Positions 39,801-49,313 of a DNA stretch of 64,000 nt are shown piece after piece. How positions within the stretch are numbered: the first letter of the stretch is position 1; every line of letters starts with the position of its first letter. The stretch lies in the IMG/VR virus record IMGVR_UViG_3300031758_000002; one strand, written 5' to 3'. The notes below the pieces were generated by a model. That model saw nothing but the letters and a program-made list of their open reading frames with translations. It did not search any database and had not been told where the DNA came from. Made by a program: the position numbers and the translations under genes. Source of the stretch: a virus. Taxonomy: Duplodnaviria > Heunggongvirae > Uroviricota > Caudoviricetes.

Positions 39801-42800
39801 TTCGTCATTTTTAATATGTTTTAAATAACTGTTTGGTGATGGTTTAATTAATCTATCATTATCAAAATATCCATAATTTGGTGCTTTCCAAAATAATCTA
39901 ACTGAACCATTATAAACTGCGGGGTTATCAACAACTTCTGTTGCTAAATCACCATTAATTTTAAAACATTCATCTTTAGTTTGATTCACTGAAGATCCAA
40001 ATGATGGTATTGGGAATATATTGTTACCATCTGATGTTGTAACAAAACAACTCCAAGATTTCAAACTTAAAGAACGATTTAAATTACTTAAATCAAATCC
40101 TGGTAATTTATTTATTGTTGATCCTGCTGCGGATTTTAAATATAAAATATTATCATCTAAAACACTTTGTATCTCACTATTTGAATATGACTGTGCCGGT
40201 GGGTTAGTGACATAAAAACTAATTGCCGTTGTTGCGGTTTGTGGTATATTAATACCGTAAACACCAACACCACCCAAAGTACCGCTAGTTTGTCCCGTAA
40301 TTGTGGTGCCTAAAGTAATACCATTACCTGATAGAATAGCACCATCAAATAAATCATTACCACTAACCGTACTAACAGTTAATACATTACCCAATATTGT
40401 TGCAGTACCTGAAATTTGTACTTGAGTTTCAAATACTCTTTTACCTTGGTAAAATACATTAAAGTCATCAATTAACTTAGGATAAAATCCTGTATTAATT
40501 CTTGTTTGTTCACTTAACCCATTAATAATAGTGTCTTGTAAAACGATGTCTTGTGGTATTCCATCAATAACTAATGAATATGTTTTAGTAACCGCACTAT
40601 TTTGGGGATCATAATTATCTGAATAATTAAAATTAGTCCACGCATCATCAAGAATATCAACCCCATCTTCTGTCCAAGTTTTATATCTATGCCAGATAGA
40701 TCCATATTTAAGTACCCACGCATATGGTATTTTATGGATTCCACCATATTTTTTAAATGTGGATATAATGTAATTTAAATCTGAAAAACTACCATCATTA
40801 TCTTCTTTATATTTTTCTCTTAAAGTTGCCAATGGTAAACTATTCAAGAATAGATATGATGCGGATTTAAACGGATATAGGTTATCTGTATATCTAAAAT
40901 CATACACCCCTTTTTGAATTGCATTAATAAAATAAGGTGTATTTAGAATTGATGTCGTTTGTTCTGACACCAATTTATTGTCATAATCAAAATATGAAAT
41001 GTTACCTTCAGTAGTGTATTGATTTTTTATTGTTCTCGTATTATAAAAAGTTTTTAAATCCGCCAAAATAATTGGTTGATTAAATGTCCCACTATTGTTT
41101 GATTTATAATTAAAACTTGTTACAGGTTGTTTGTCTTTAGCATCTACAGTATCATCATAATTTGTTATACTTTTTATAATTGTATTATATTCTAAAACTT
41201 GATTAGTTTTAAAAACATCTTCTTTCTTTTGAATGTCCTTTCCGTCCGCTAAATAATTTTTTATCCAACTCAAATTAGTTATTGGATATGTGTCAGTAAA
41301 ATCAAAATTCTCTACAATGTTTGCATTACCAAAATATTCTTTAGCATATGAATTATCTTTAATGGATAATAATGGTTGTGATTTTTCATTAGTTAGAATA
41401 TCTTGATTGTACAACTTGAATGATGTACTAACATCATTTTTAATATATGATGTGTTAAATTCTCCTCTGATATAATTTTGCCAAGATTCTCCAGTTCCCC
41501 CATTTGAAATGTGTCTTAAAAATGATAAGTAAATTCCTGAGTTTAAATTATATTCTTTTAACTTCTTAGTTAGGAATGGATTATCATCACCTAATGATTC
41601 TAACATATTTAACACTTCTGACTCAGAATAATATTCAGTCATATTAAATGTTTTATTAGAATCCCTACTTAATTTACTATAGAAAGCATTAATTAATAAT
41701 CTTTCATATATTTCATAGAAAAATTTAACTTCTTCAACATTTTGATATACTTGATTATTAATTGGAAATTCAATTGCATTAAAACTTAATCTATTTGGTT
41801 TAAGTTGTTGATTGTTAGTGTCGGTTGGGAATTTTTCAGGAACTTTTCTTTCGTATGTCGCCTTTATAAAATCTTCAACAAATTCTACTTCCGGCCATAT
41901 TTCAGGTTGATAAGCCCTAATTTTAGTTGCAATACTCGTATCTCCAGGGTATTTCAATTCATATCGTTCACCTTCTTTTAGATTGTTCTCAACAATAACT
42001 TGAGGCCAAGGATATATTGGTGTTTCTAAAACTGTTAAATCTTTTAAATCAACACTATTCGCACCTGATGAGGTTGATAAAACCGCAGCCTTTCTAATTG
42101 TATCATCTCTTAAGTCCCAAGCTTTTGCATGAACCTCATCAAGTAATCTTAAAAACGCCTCTCCTTGAGCAAAAAATACCGCTAATACATTTCTTATTGT
42201 TGGTGAAAATCCAATTCCACCTTCACTAGCACTTTTACTTATATTTAAGATTAAATCTTTAGATAATTGTTCTTCTATTGCCTGTTTTTTTGTTTGATAA
42301 TTTTCTCTTATTGTAGTTGTTTTATCAATAAAAGATGCCGTACCCTTAAAAAAGAATTTTGGTGAGGAATCAAACTGTGTTCTTATTTGGTTCTGAACTG
42401 AAGTGGTTGCGGTAAATGATATTTCTTTACCGTTTCTCTGAGCATAAGTTTTATTTATATCAATATTATTTACATCAGTATTATAAAAAAATGTACTAGT
42501 ATTTTTTTGTAAATCTACAAAAATATCTACAGGTATACTGTTTGGTTTACCATCACCTAAAACAGTATTACCTCTCAATGATTCGTTATTTCTTTTAACA
42601 ATACCCGATAATTCGGTTAATGCTTCTTGTTGTTTTTGAGATGATTTATATTCTTCTTTAAATTGGTATAACACATACCCGTCTTTTTGTCCCGTAGGTG
42701 GGAATGTAACAAATGGGTTTTTGGTGTCCAAATATTTTCCATACCAAGAATCCACACCCGAATACAAATAAACTTCTTGTTCATATCTATCTAATACTTT

Positions 42801-43823
42801 TGAGTAGTCAGATAAACTATTAAGAGTGTCTAAATTAGTTTTAGGGTAATTATCAATGATATTTTTTAAAAAAGTATTTAAATTTATCTGTAGTTCCTGA
42901 ATGGTTATTTCAGGAAAATTATCTGATATCAACCCTTTTGATTTATACTCAGCATACAATTCTTTTATTTTAGAATATCCTTTACTTGACCAACCACTTT
43001 CAACTTTGTCATTTTTGTTTCCGTTTCCTGTTGTTGTTTGTGGTACTGTCTCTATTGCTGACTGGAACATCAATGGAGTTGACATCATCGCCTGCCAATT
43101 CACTGAAGATAATATCGTGTACTTATATGTGTACATTTGTAGTTGAACCCTAAAATTCCCACTGCTAGGATCAAAACTTGCATTAAAGGTTCTTAACATC
43201 AATGGTAATCTAACCGCTTTACCTAAGTATCCTTTTATTGTTAGATAAAATAATGGATACGGTAATTGGAAGAATGCGGCATATGGTGAATTACTACCTG
43301 CTTCAAATAATGCTCTACCCTTAACATCTTCCATTGTAATATCAATAACAGGTAAGAAGTCCGTACCATAAGAGATATTAATTTGAGTTATACCTAACAT
43401 TCCTGTATCTGTTGAACCAGGATTACCATTAGTTAATGTTGTTTGTCTATAAAAATAGTCATCACTCTGATTAGGATTAGTAATTTTATCTATTTTTTGT
43501 TGATTAATACCTTTACCCTGTAATGAATCTTTACCTGTTATTTCATCAACATAAATTTCTTCTAAAAATTTACTATCTCCAGGATTCAAAAAATTAATTT
43601 TACCCACAGATATTGTTCTAACAGAATCTTCCAATGGAACACCTATCGCCAATTTTGTTCTCGGTAAAACCGAACATTCTAAATTTGCATAGAACACCAA
43701 GTCTTCTTGATTGACAAGTCGTTCTCTAGCCATACCATTTTCATCAATCACTTTGTTTGGATCAATTACCGATATGTTTTGGTAGTCAAATTCTACCAAT
43801 ATGTTTTCTCCGTTATCTACCAT
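36864..43823 (-). CDS. Giant baseplate hub protein (gp27/P2 gpD-like ends with very large insertion)
   Basis: 2319 aa. N-terminal GITQINISY...IDITMEDVKG and late SIDMMGNALIQPMMYFNL...GPYMILKVSHRI...TTFEG fit the gpD/gp27 fold. Follows LysM/gp53-like gene. Confidence 0.6.
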   Translation of the reverse strand: MVDNGENILVEFDYQNISVIDPNKVIDENGMARERLVNQEDLVFYANLECSVLPRTKLAIGVPLEDSVRTISVGKINFLNPGDSKFLEEIYVDEITGKDSLQGKGINQQKIDKITNPNQSDDYFYRQTTLTNGNPGSTDTGMLGITQINISYGTDFLPVIDITMEDVKGRALFEAGSNSPYAAFFQLPYPLFYLTIKGYLGKAVRLPLMLRTFNASFDPSSGNFRVQLQMYTYKYTILSSVNWQAMMSTPLMFQSAIETVPQTTTGNGNKNDKVESGWSSKGYSKIKELYAEYKSKGLISDNFPEITIQELQINLNTFLKNIIDNYPKTNLDTLNSLSDYSKVLDRYEQEVYLYSGVDSWYGKYLDTKNPFVTFPPTGQKDGYVLYQFKEEYKSSQKQQEALTELSGIVKRNNESLRGNTVLGDGKPNSIPVDIFVDLQKNTSTFFYNTDVNNIDINKTYAQRNGKEISFTATTSVQNQIRTQFDSSPKFFFKGTASFIDKTTTIRENYQTKKQAIEEQLSKDLILNISKSASEGGIGFSPTIRNVLAVFFAQGEAFLRLLDEVHAKAWDLRDDTIRKAAVLSTSSGANSVDLKDLTVLETPIYPWPQVIVENNLKEGERYELKYPGDTSIATKIRAYQPEIWPEVEFVEDFIKATYERKVPEKFPTDTNNQQLKPNRLSFNAIEFPINNQVYQNVEEVKFFYEIYERLLINAFYSKLSRDSNKTFNMTEYYSESEVLNMLESLGDDNPFLTKKLKEYNLNSGIYLSFLRHISNGGTGESWQNYIRGEFNTSYIKNDVSTSFKLYNQDILTNEKSQPLLSIKDNSYAKEYFGNANIVENFDFTDTYPITNLSWIKNYLADGKDIQKKEDVFKTNQVLEYNTIIKSITNYDDTVDAKDKQPVTSFNYKSNNSGTFNQPIILADLKTFYNTRTIKNQYTTEGNISYFDYDNKLVSEQTTSILNTPYFINAIQKGVYDFRYTDNLYPFKSASYLFLNSLPLATLREKYKEDNDGSFSDLNYIISTFKKYGGIHKIPYAWVLKYGSIWHRYKTWTEDGVDILDDAWTNFNYSDNYDPQNSAVTKTYSLVIDGIPQDIVLQDTIINGLSEQTRINTGFYPKLIDDFNVFYQGKRVFETQVQISGTATILGNVLTVSTVSGNDLFDGAILSGNGITLGTTITGQTSGTLGGVGVYGINIPQTATTAISFYVTNPPAQSYSNSEIQSVLDDNILYLKSAAGSTINKLPGFDLSNLNRSLSLKSWSCFVTTSDGNNIFPIPSFGSSVNQTKDECFKINGDLATEVVDNPAVYNGSVRLFWKAPNYGYFDNDRLIKPSPNSYLKHIKNDESIQQAFSINGVSSEYTKISELFTTFEKDILDIMENEFLNFSRSVYDYNSNIKSTLGVDTDTEITNNNFQSLMRSLMKVPKPKDNINGSVVINEIQESQISNFKQVLGTFMDYKVTMKYGNPSNFDKKLFYTYSNQILIDTYSFQGYNVGSPNSLPSAGGSITLSQSKAQNPETWKTLETYVGFSEIPELVYSDNGSYITDFFLDMNIEFTENSIKTLSPLIKIYATQKLEDNNFNSTKFRTLMDGYINKSNTYINTLLDLEMTRLRKELPDVNISQTNTKVRADYEGDQTRYELWELFKTINDTWISGTDFKSKTLFEDVLLMDRASRDVGQQIYVDIFKLKTLIDSSLVKNNMLDIVQTILTENNFVNFVIPAFANFYNVRDVSKNAVPRPEGTLEFANTLFGTYLNVDYRETGSKFVCLYANKPSEHLALNDNVDYRYRDDAFDLRRATDNPLLENQENKTNWATSNKVVGFNVDIGPQNQQIFKQIDVSQDPGLPTTESLEVLNQMANQDRNRGSYTQSVSLYNLYKNRSYKCSIDMMGNALIQPMMYFNLRNVPLFSGPYMILKVSHRISQNGFDTTFEGQRQPFYSIPKIESFIQSISTKILKDIQERIKQNEETKTQQSVNTLSQTATKLDNVSETNTTLNVNQACSSALNESYKNFTNATGDPLMIMSSSEINKKDAANKINELIIANGSYNSNDSKTLASFIYSIMTVATKPSEIFKTYGNNYGLIPLNTNYGGSFVLFENKYYCNSKNIPMAVFSSFDQFVNFMIAKYGPQLGTIKNYVSTNNNISDQIKYGKAFATFYMDNYPTNEGQSLFDTLIEENKNKLEKLFGNAYTDYVSSQRQFTSQSSTTTPKPAKQVVQANGDQLIQMQIVISPNSGKWNIDSAEIIFNKKPEECTATIGVKINVPTFIATNKQSFTMTAQDLLTTIGCTQNGSYNIQFNVNSIPVLEDGITTDTTRAIVPQSFLIKCLL

Positions 43824-44136
43824 AGTAGAAGAAATGTGTTTCTAATGTTGATTTATAGTCTTGTAATGAAGTTAGTAAAGGATACGGTATAGTCAATATA
43901 GCAGCATCAGGTATGTTGAATTCAAACCCAGTAAACTGTGGATTCGCCAACATTATTAACCACCCAAACAGTGGTGAACCATAAAATTGTTGTGATACTT
44001 TATCCAATCTTGATGTACCAACTTTATAGATATATGTTTTATCAGAAGTTTTTACGGGTAATTCTACATAAGGAACAACTGTTTGTTGTCCATTTTGTAA
44101 AAACTGATTATATCTGTTATAGTATTGTAATGCCAT
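43813..44136 (-). CDS. LysM-like baseplate protein (gp53/P2 gpX-like)
   Basis: 107 aa. RLDKVSQQFYGSPLFGWLIMLANP...IPDAAILTIP. Canonical position after tube initiator. Confidence 0.75.
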   Translation of the reverse strand: MALQYYNRYNQFLQNGQQTVVPYVELPVKTSDKTYIYKVGTSRLDKVSQQFYGSPLFGWLIMLANPQFTGFEFNIPDAAILTIPYPLLTSLQDYKSTLETHFFYYGR

Positions 44137-44138
44137 AA

Positions 44139-47100
44139 TTAAGTGAAAGTTACTTTTCCATTATAAGTTTTATTACTTGTTTTTACATTTACATCTAAAT
44201 ACAAATCTTTTAATCTATTCTTCTTTTGTAGGTTGTTACCAACATTATCCGTTGTGTATTGTACTTTGGAATCAAATTCAGTTATCTCATATTTTTCATA
44301 TGTTTGATAATCACTACCATTCATTAAAGTATCAAAGAATTTTAATTCGGCATCATATTCTTCTTTACATTTCCCTTTAAATTCATTTGATATTTTTTTA
44401 ATACCATCAATTAATTTTTGATTTTTAGATATTTTAGGCCCAGAAGTTAAATTAGTGACAAAAGCGTTAAATTTATTATCATCCAAAAATATTGGGGACA
44501 TAGTCATATAGAACCTTCTAGTTGCCGTATCATCACCAAAACCAGAGAAAACTTTAGTTATTGGATCAAAATTATTATCCTGATAGTTAATCTTTTTTAA
44601 GATACTATTAGAATCAACATCTAATATTTTATTATTATAATCCGTTAATTTAAATCCTACGGAAACAGGATTTGTATTAGTGGTATATACTTTAATAATA
44701 TTATCAATGTTGTCACCACTTAATGTGTAAACTTTGTAATCTCCGGTACCTAATTTGATACCATCAATTTTACCACAAATCATATCCATTTTTCTTAAAG
44801 TATAATTATAGTTTTCTTGATATGAAGTCATTGTGTTAGCAGGTTCAATAACAATATTATTTATTTCAGTTTCCATTTTGGTTACCTCTTCTTCTAATTT
44901 TGCTCTTAATTCTCTTAACTCAGAATTTACCGCACTATATTGGTTAGAATCCTTATTAACATAATATGAAATTGGATCCTTATCATTTTTAACATCTGAT
45001 AATGTTTCTTTAATTAATTTACTTACATTTTTTTCAATTTCTAATGATCTACCATACAATGGAACATCAGGTAATGGTACATCATATTCATTTAACTCAC
45101 CATTATTAAATTTTCTTTCACTACTTGCTAATCCGACAATACCCATATTAGTTGTACTTGTCATTGTTTTAAGTTGATTTGTTATTGTTGTAAAATAATT
45201 TTTAGTCCCTTCAGATAATTCTTTAATTAATCCTGAATAGTCCATGTCACCAACTTCAACTTCATTATTATTTTCGTAGTTTGTTGACAATATAGTTCCA
45301 ATAGTTCCTCCACCTTTTTGTGATTGTTGGTTAGCAACCGTATTAGATCCAACCGTAGGTGTTGATGTTCCCGCACCTTTAACTATTTTAGCAACCATTT
45401 GTTTATCTCTTTCTTCTGTACTTTCTGTTGCAACTGATCTTTCATCATATATTTCAGTATTCGCATAGTAATTGAATGATAATGCGTTCTGTAATTGTTT
45501 AACTGGTCCAGCTAATCCATGTCCACCAATAAAGTCAAATCCTAATGAAATTTTGGCTAACATTGGTTGTACCCCAATTCCTTCAGGATTTATATCAAAA
45601 ACCAAAGGATCATATTGTATACCTAATGTATTAGGAATTATTTTTGTGTGATAAAAATCACCAATTCTTAATACCAATACAGGTGGTGCTCCAAACGCAG
45701 TATTTTGAGCATCATTATATTTTGGTTTACCATCAGGTCCAATAACAGGAATTGTTTGTCCCGGTCTCATACATTGTTGTAAGAATGTAAGTCTTGCATT
45801 TAATCCTTCAGGTGTTATTGAGTGAAATGCCGGTGTAAAGTATTTTATCCTATCTTTAATACTTTCAAATACCATAGGATCACTTTCTTTTAACACATCA
45901 AAATAATCACATTCAGAAAATAGATGTCTTAATATTTTTTTGGAAATACCGTCTTTAACCTTTTGAATCGGATCTGGTTGTTCTATAATTTTAAGTGGAG
46001 GTATTTCAATAGTTGTTGTTCCTGTTGTTCCTGACTGATTAGGTATCACAACAACATCTATTATTGGTTCTTGAATTGGATCTTCAGGTTTAACTTCTTG
46101 TACATATGTTGCAATTATTGACGCAATTCTAACTTTTCTACAAGCCATTGCGGGTACTGAATACCATTCACCACCATAATCATTAGTCTTAGCAGTTGCT
46201 AAAGTAGCTCCATCAAGTATGTTTACATTACAGTTTATTGAGAAATTTGTACCATCTTTACTTTTTGGTGAAACTTGAGCAACTTCACCTAAAGATGCTG
46301 ATTTAACAATTAATTTTCCTTCATCAAAAAACTTTTGGAAATTTTCTCCAGCAACATTTTGTTTTTTAAACCATTTTACAACAGAATCAATTCTTCTATC
46401 AGAAAGATATTCATTATATTGTAAACTAGCTTGTATTGGTGATGCTGAACCAACTAATTCAATTGTTATTTGTCCTTTTTTGTCAACAATAAATTCTTTA
46501 ATTTTTGGTAATAACTCATTTTTAATTACACTAAAATTGTCCACAACAACATTATCAAAAAAGTTTTGTACTCCTTCCTTTAAGAAAGGATCAGTTTGTC
46601 CTTGAGCAAAACATTTTGCAGGTGCATTAGTTACATATTTTTGATTTCTTAAACCTATATAAAAATCGTAATAATTATCATAATCCCAATTTGCATTATT
46701 ACCTAAATTAGGGAAATCTCTTGATGCCGCACCCGCAACTTTCCATTCCGCAGGATCTGAAGGATTTTTTATTGGATTATTAAAATATGGTGAATCGTTT
46801 TCAAAATAAAACGCATATTCTGAAAAATTATCATTAAGTTCTGAAGAAGTAACAACCTCTTCAACTGTAGGTCCGGGTTTAACATCATTTGTGGTGTTAG
46901 TTGTTTGACTAACCTCAGCATCTCCTTGAGTACCTGTACTATTACCCCCAGGTATTGAATTGTCGACTGGGATTTTTGTTAATATATTTTGAAGTTCTTC
47001 TTGAGTTTTTCTTGGTTCATTTAAAAGTTGTTGGTATGTATATAAATCAGATGTTGGTATGTTATTAAACTTTATTGCCAAATCATATATGTCATATTTA

Positions 47101-49277
47101 ACACAACCCGCAAAAAATGAATCCATTATTGAATTAATTTCTTGTGGTGTTCTAGTTTTAAGTTGTTCTCTAATAATTGTATTCATAACTGATGGATGAT
47201 CCACAATTATTGTCCAACTTAATGAACCCGTTCTTGTACTATCTTTATATGTATATATTGGTTCAGGTCTACCTAAAAATGATGTAGGGTTCCAACCTGC
47301 CTTACTGTCTTCACTGAATGTTATATTATATGGTGGAAACCACATAATTCTACCACCATTCGGTCCTTTCTCACAAACAGGTAAATCATCATATCTAAAC
47401 CCAGGTTCACTTGATGTTCTCCAAGCTAAATTTTCAAGTGAGAACATATATTTTTTCACTTTATTATCAACAATGTTAGTTGATCCAGGGTTTCTTAAAG
47501 GTGCAATATTTAAATTGTAAGTATTATCAAATACTGAATTATTAAATCTTCTACCTGAAGTAGTTATACCATCAGTTTTTTGTAAATCAGCGTAAGTGTA
47601 ATATGGAGTATCTTTTTGGAAGATTCTACAATATTCTCTACCAACTTCAAATCCACTTTCACCAATTACATTACTACCTGTACTTGAGTCGTAATATGCA
47701 ATTACTTGAGAACCTTTTGTTAATTCTTTATAACCATCATTAAAAACTTTTGACACTTGATTTATTGCGTTACCGACGTGTTTAAGTCGTTTTGCCCCTT
47801 GAACATTATCGGCAGCATTAATAATTCTTTGCGTATTATCTAATATAGAACCCCCCTTAAATTCAACATCAATTGATTGATCTTGACTGTATTGAGCCTC
47901 AACAATATTAAATTCAGCGTCCTGTTGGAAGGTTTCTCCACCTCTACCTACTTTGAATCCCGCATTTGGTCTATACTTTGGTGATGTCCAAACGAATCTA
48001 CCATCTATACCATCACCATCGTGATGTGATTTACCACCTAATCCAAAATTAAGTTTACCATCATTACCTTCATACAATTTACCTAACTCGTCAGGTCCAT
48101 AAACAAGTGTTCCTTGTTGTTTACCAAATCTATCGGTTGCAACCTCATTAGATGGGTTTGTTATTAATCCAGGTTCCGCATTTTCACTACCGATATAATA
48201 ACCTCCTCCACCGTTATCCCCGTTGAATAGGTTATTAATTGCTTGTGACGCTCCTTGTATTAGATTTTTTTGATATACAGGTCTATATAAGTTATAATTT
48301 AAGTTACCAAATAAAACTGATTGTTGTCCATTACCTGTATTTGCCAAAAATAATTCAGAAGGATTTCTAAATTTATTTAAAATTCCACCTAATGCACCTG
48401 CCGTTAAATTGTTTGCGGTATTTAATGCTCCCGATACATTACCTTCAGGATTGTTTTCATCAAAATAATCACCAGGAATAAATGATACAGGAAAATAAGT
48501 TCCTGATAATCTATTTGCAAACGATACCGCAGCTAATAAAGGATTTTCAGGTACAGTAATTTTCCAATTCTTAATAAAGAATGGTTGTTGTCCTGATGCT
48601 AATAAACTCGCACTAAATGGATCAGATAATGTATCAAGGTTAATAGAACCTATTGTTAACTGTTCTAACTCTGATGCAATTCTATCTTCAAAATATCCTT
48701 TAAGTTGTGCCGCACCAATCTTAGCTAAATACGAATCTTGTGATAAAGAACCATCAGATCCTGTTGGGTTGGTACTTGTTAATATCTCATACGGACTATA
48801 AAATGATGGTACAAATATTGATGGATCCCAATAAGGTTGGTACATCTTATTTGATGTGATTACATCTGTAATAACATATAAATCTTTAAACCCACTCTCA
48901 GGTCCGTATTTATTTTGTATATATGCCGCATCAATATAGAATTCATTAACCAAATCTAAAATTGTGTCTCCTGGGTCATAAGGTCCTTTATTTGATTCAA
49001 CGGGATATGGAGCTCCAGGTATAGTATATTTACCAATGAAACCACCTTCAGGTCCGTATTCATTTAATGAATAAAGTTGATTAGCACCTTGATTTGTAGA
49101 TATTAATGTATCAGGTGAATCAATTACATTACTGTTACTAAGTGGTGATACTTCATATGTTACATTACCTGCAGGAGGTGTGTACACACCTTGTACTTGA
49201 TAAGGTGCTAAATTTCTAGCAATTAAAGTATTTCTAAATGTAGATGACGATGCAAATGATAATACACTCTCTGACAT
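44139..49277 (-). CDS. Tail tube initiator-like protein with inserted OmpA-like domain
   Basis: 1712 aa. Split tube-fold motifs (FPPYNITFSED...FLGRPEPIYTY and LRIGDFYHTKII...AKISLGFDFIGG) flank ITIELVGSAS...YNEYLSDRRIDSV...LGE...RKVRI. Confidence 0.6.
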   Translation of the reverse strand: MSESVLSFASSSTFRNTLIARNLAPYQVQGVYTPPAGNVTYEVSPLSNSNVIDSPDTLISTNQGANQLYSLNEYGPEGGFIGKYTIPGAPYPVESNKGPYDPGDTILDLVNEFYIDAAYIQNKYGPESGFKDLYVITDVITSNKMYQPYWDPSIFVPSFYSPYEILTSTNPTGSDGSLSQDSYLAKIGAAQLKGYFEDRIASELEQLTIGSINLDTLSDPFSASLLASGQQPFFIKNWKITVPENPLLAAVSFANRLSGTYFPVSFIPGDYFDENNPEGNVSGALNTANNLTAGALGGILNKFRNPSELFLANTGNGQQSVLFGNLNYNLYRPVYQKNLIQGASQAINNLFNGDNGGGGYYIGSENAEPGLITNPSNEVATDRFGKQQGTLVYGPDELGKLYEGNDGKLNFGLGGKSHHDGDGIDGRFVWTSPKYRPNAGFKVGRGGETFQQDAEFNIVEAQYSQDQSIDVEFKGGSILDNTQRIINAADNVQGAKRLKHVGNAINQVSKVFNDGYKELTKGSQVIAYYDSSTGSNVIGESGFEVGREYCRIFQKDTPYYTYADLQKTDGITTSGRRFNNSVFDNTYNLNIAPLRNPGSTNIVDNKVKKYMFSLENLAWRTSSEPGFRYDDLPVCEKGPNGGRIMWFPPYNITFSEDSKAGWNPTSFLGRPEPIYTYKDSTRTGSLSWTIIVDHPSVMNTIIREQLKTRTPQEINSIMDSFFAGCVKYDIYDLAIKFNNIPTSDLYTYQQLLNEPRKTQEELQNILTKIPVDNSIPGGNSTGTQGDAEVSQTTNTTNDVKPGPTVEEVVTSSELNDNFSEYAFYFENDSPYFNNPIKNPSDPAEWKVAGAASRDFPNLGNNANWDYDNYYDFYIGLRNQKYVTNAPAKCFAQGQTDPFLKEGVQNFFDNVVVDNFSVIKNELLPKIKEFIVDKKGQITIELVGSASPIQASLQYNEYLSDRRIDSVVKWFKKQNVAGENFQKFFDEGKLIVKSASLGEVAQVSPKSKDGTNFSINCNVNILDGATLATAKTNDYGGEWYSVPAMACRKVRIASIIATYVQEVKPEDPIQEPIIDVVVIPNQSGTTGTTTIEIPPLKIIEQPDPIQKVKDGISKKILRHLFSECDYFDVLKESDPMVFESIKDRIKYFTPAFHSITPEGLNARLTFLQQCMRPGQTIPVIGPDGKPKYNDAQNTAFGAPPVLVLRIGDFYHTKIIPNTLGIQYDPLVFDINPEGIGVQPMLAKISLGFDFIGGHGLAGPVKQLQNALSFNYYANTEIYDERSVATESTEERDKQMVAKIVKGAGTSTPTVGSNTVANQQSQKGGGTIGTILSTNYENNNEVEVGDMDYSGLIKELSEGTKNYFTTITNQLKTMTSTTNMGIVGLASSERKFNNGELNEYDVPLPDVPLYGRSLEIEKNVSKLIKETLSDVKNDKDPISYYVNKDSNQYSAVNSELRELRAKLEEEVTKMETEINNIVIEPANTMTSYQENYNYTLRKMDMICGKIDGIKLGTGDYKVYTLSGDNIDNIIKVYTTNTNPVSVGFKLTDYNNKILDVDSNSILKKINYQDNNFDPITKVFSGFGDDTATRRFYMTMSPIFLDDNKFNAFVTNLTSGPKISKNQKLIDGIKKISNEFKGKCKEEYDAELKFFDTLMNGSDYQTYEKYEITEFDSKVQYTTDNVGNNLQKKNRLKDLYLDVNVKTSNKTYNGKVTFT

Positions 49278-49291
49278 ATTTTATCTTTTCC

Positions 49292-49299
49292 TATAAATA
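49292..49299 (-). promoter_or_regulatory. TATTTATA upstream motif
   Basis: Upstream of the ATG at 49277. Confidence 0.6.
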
Positions 49300-49313
49300 C
49301 ATAAAATATGTTT

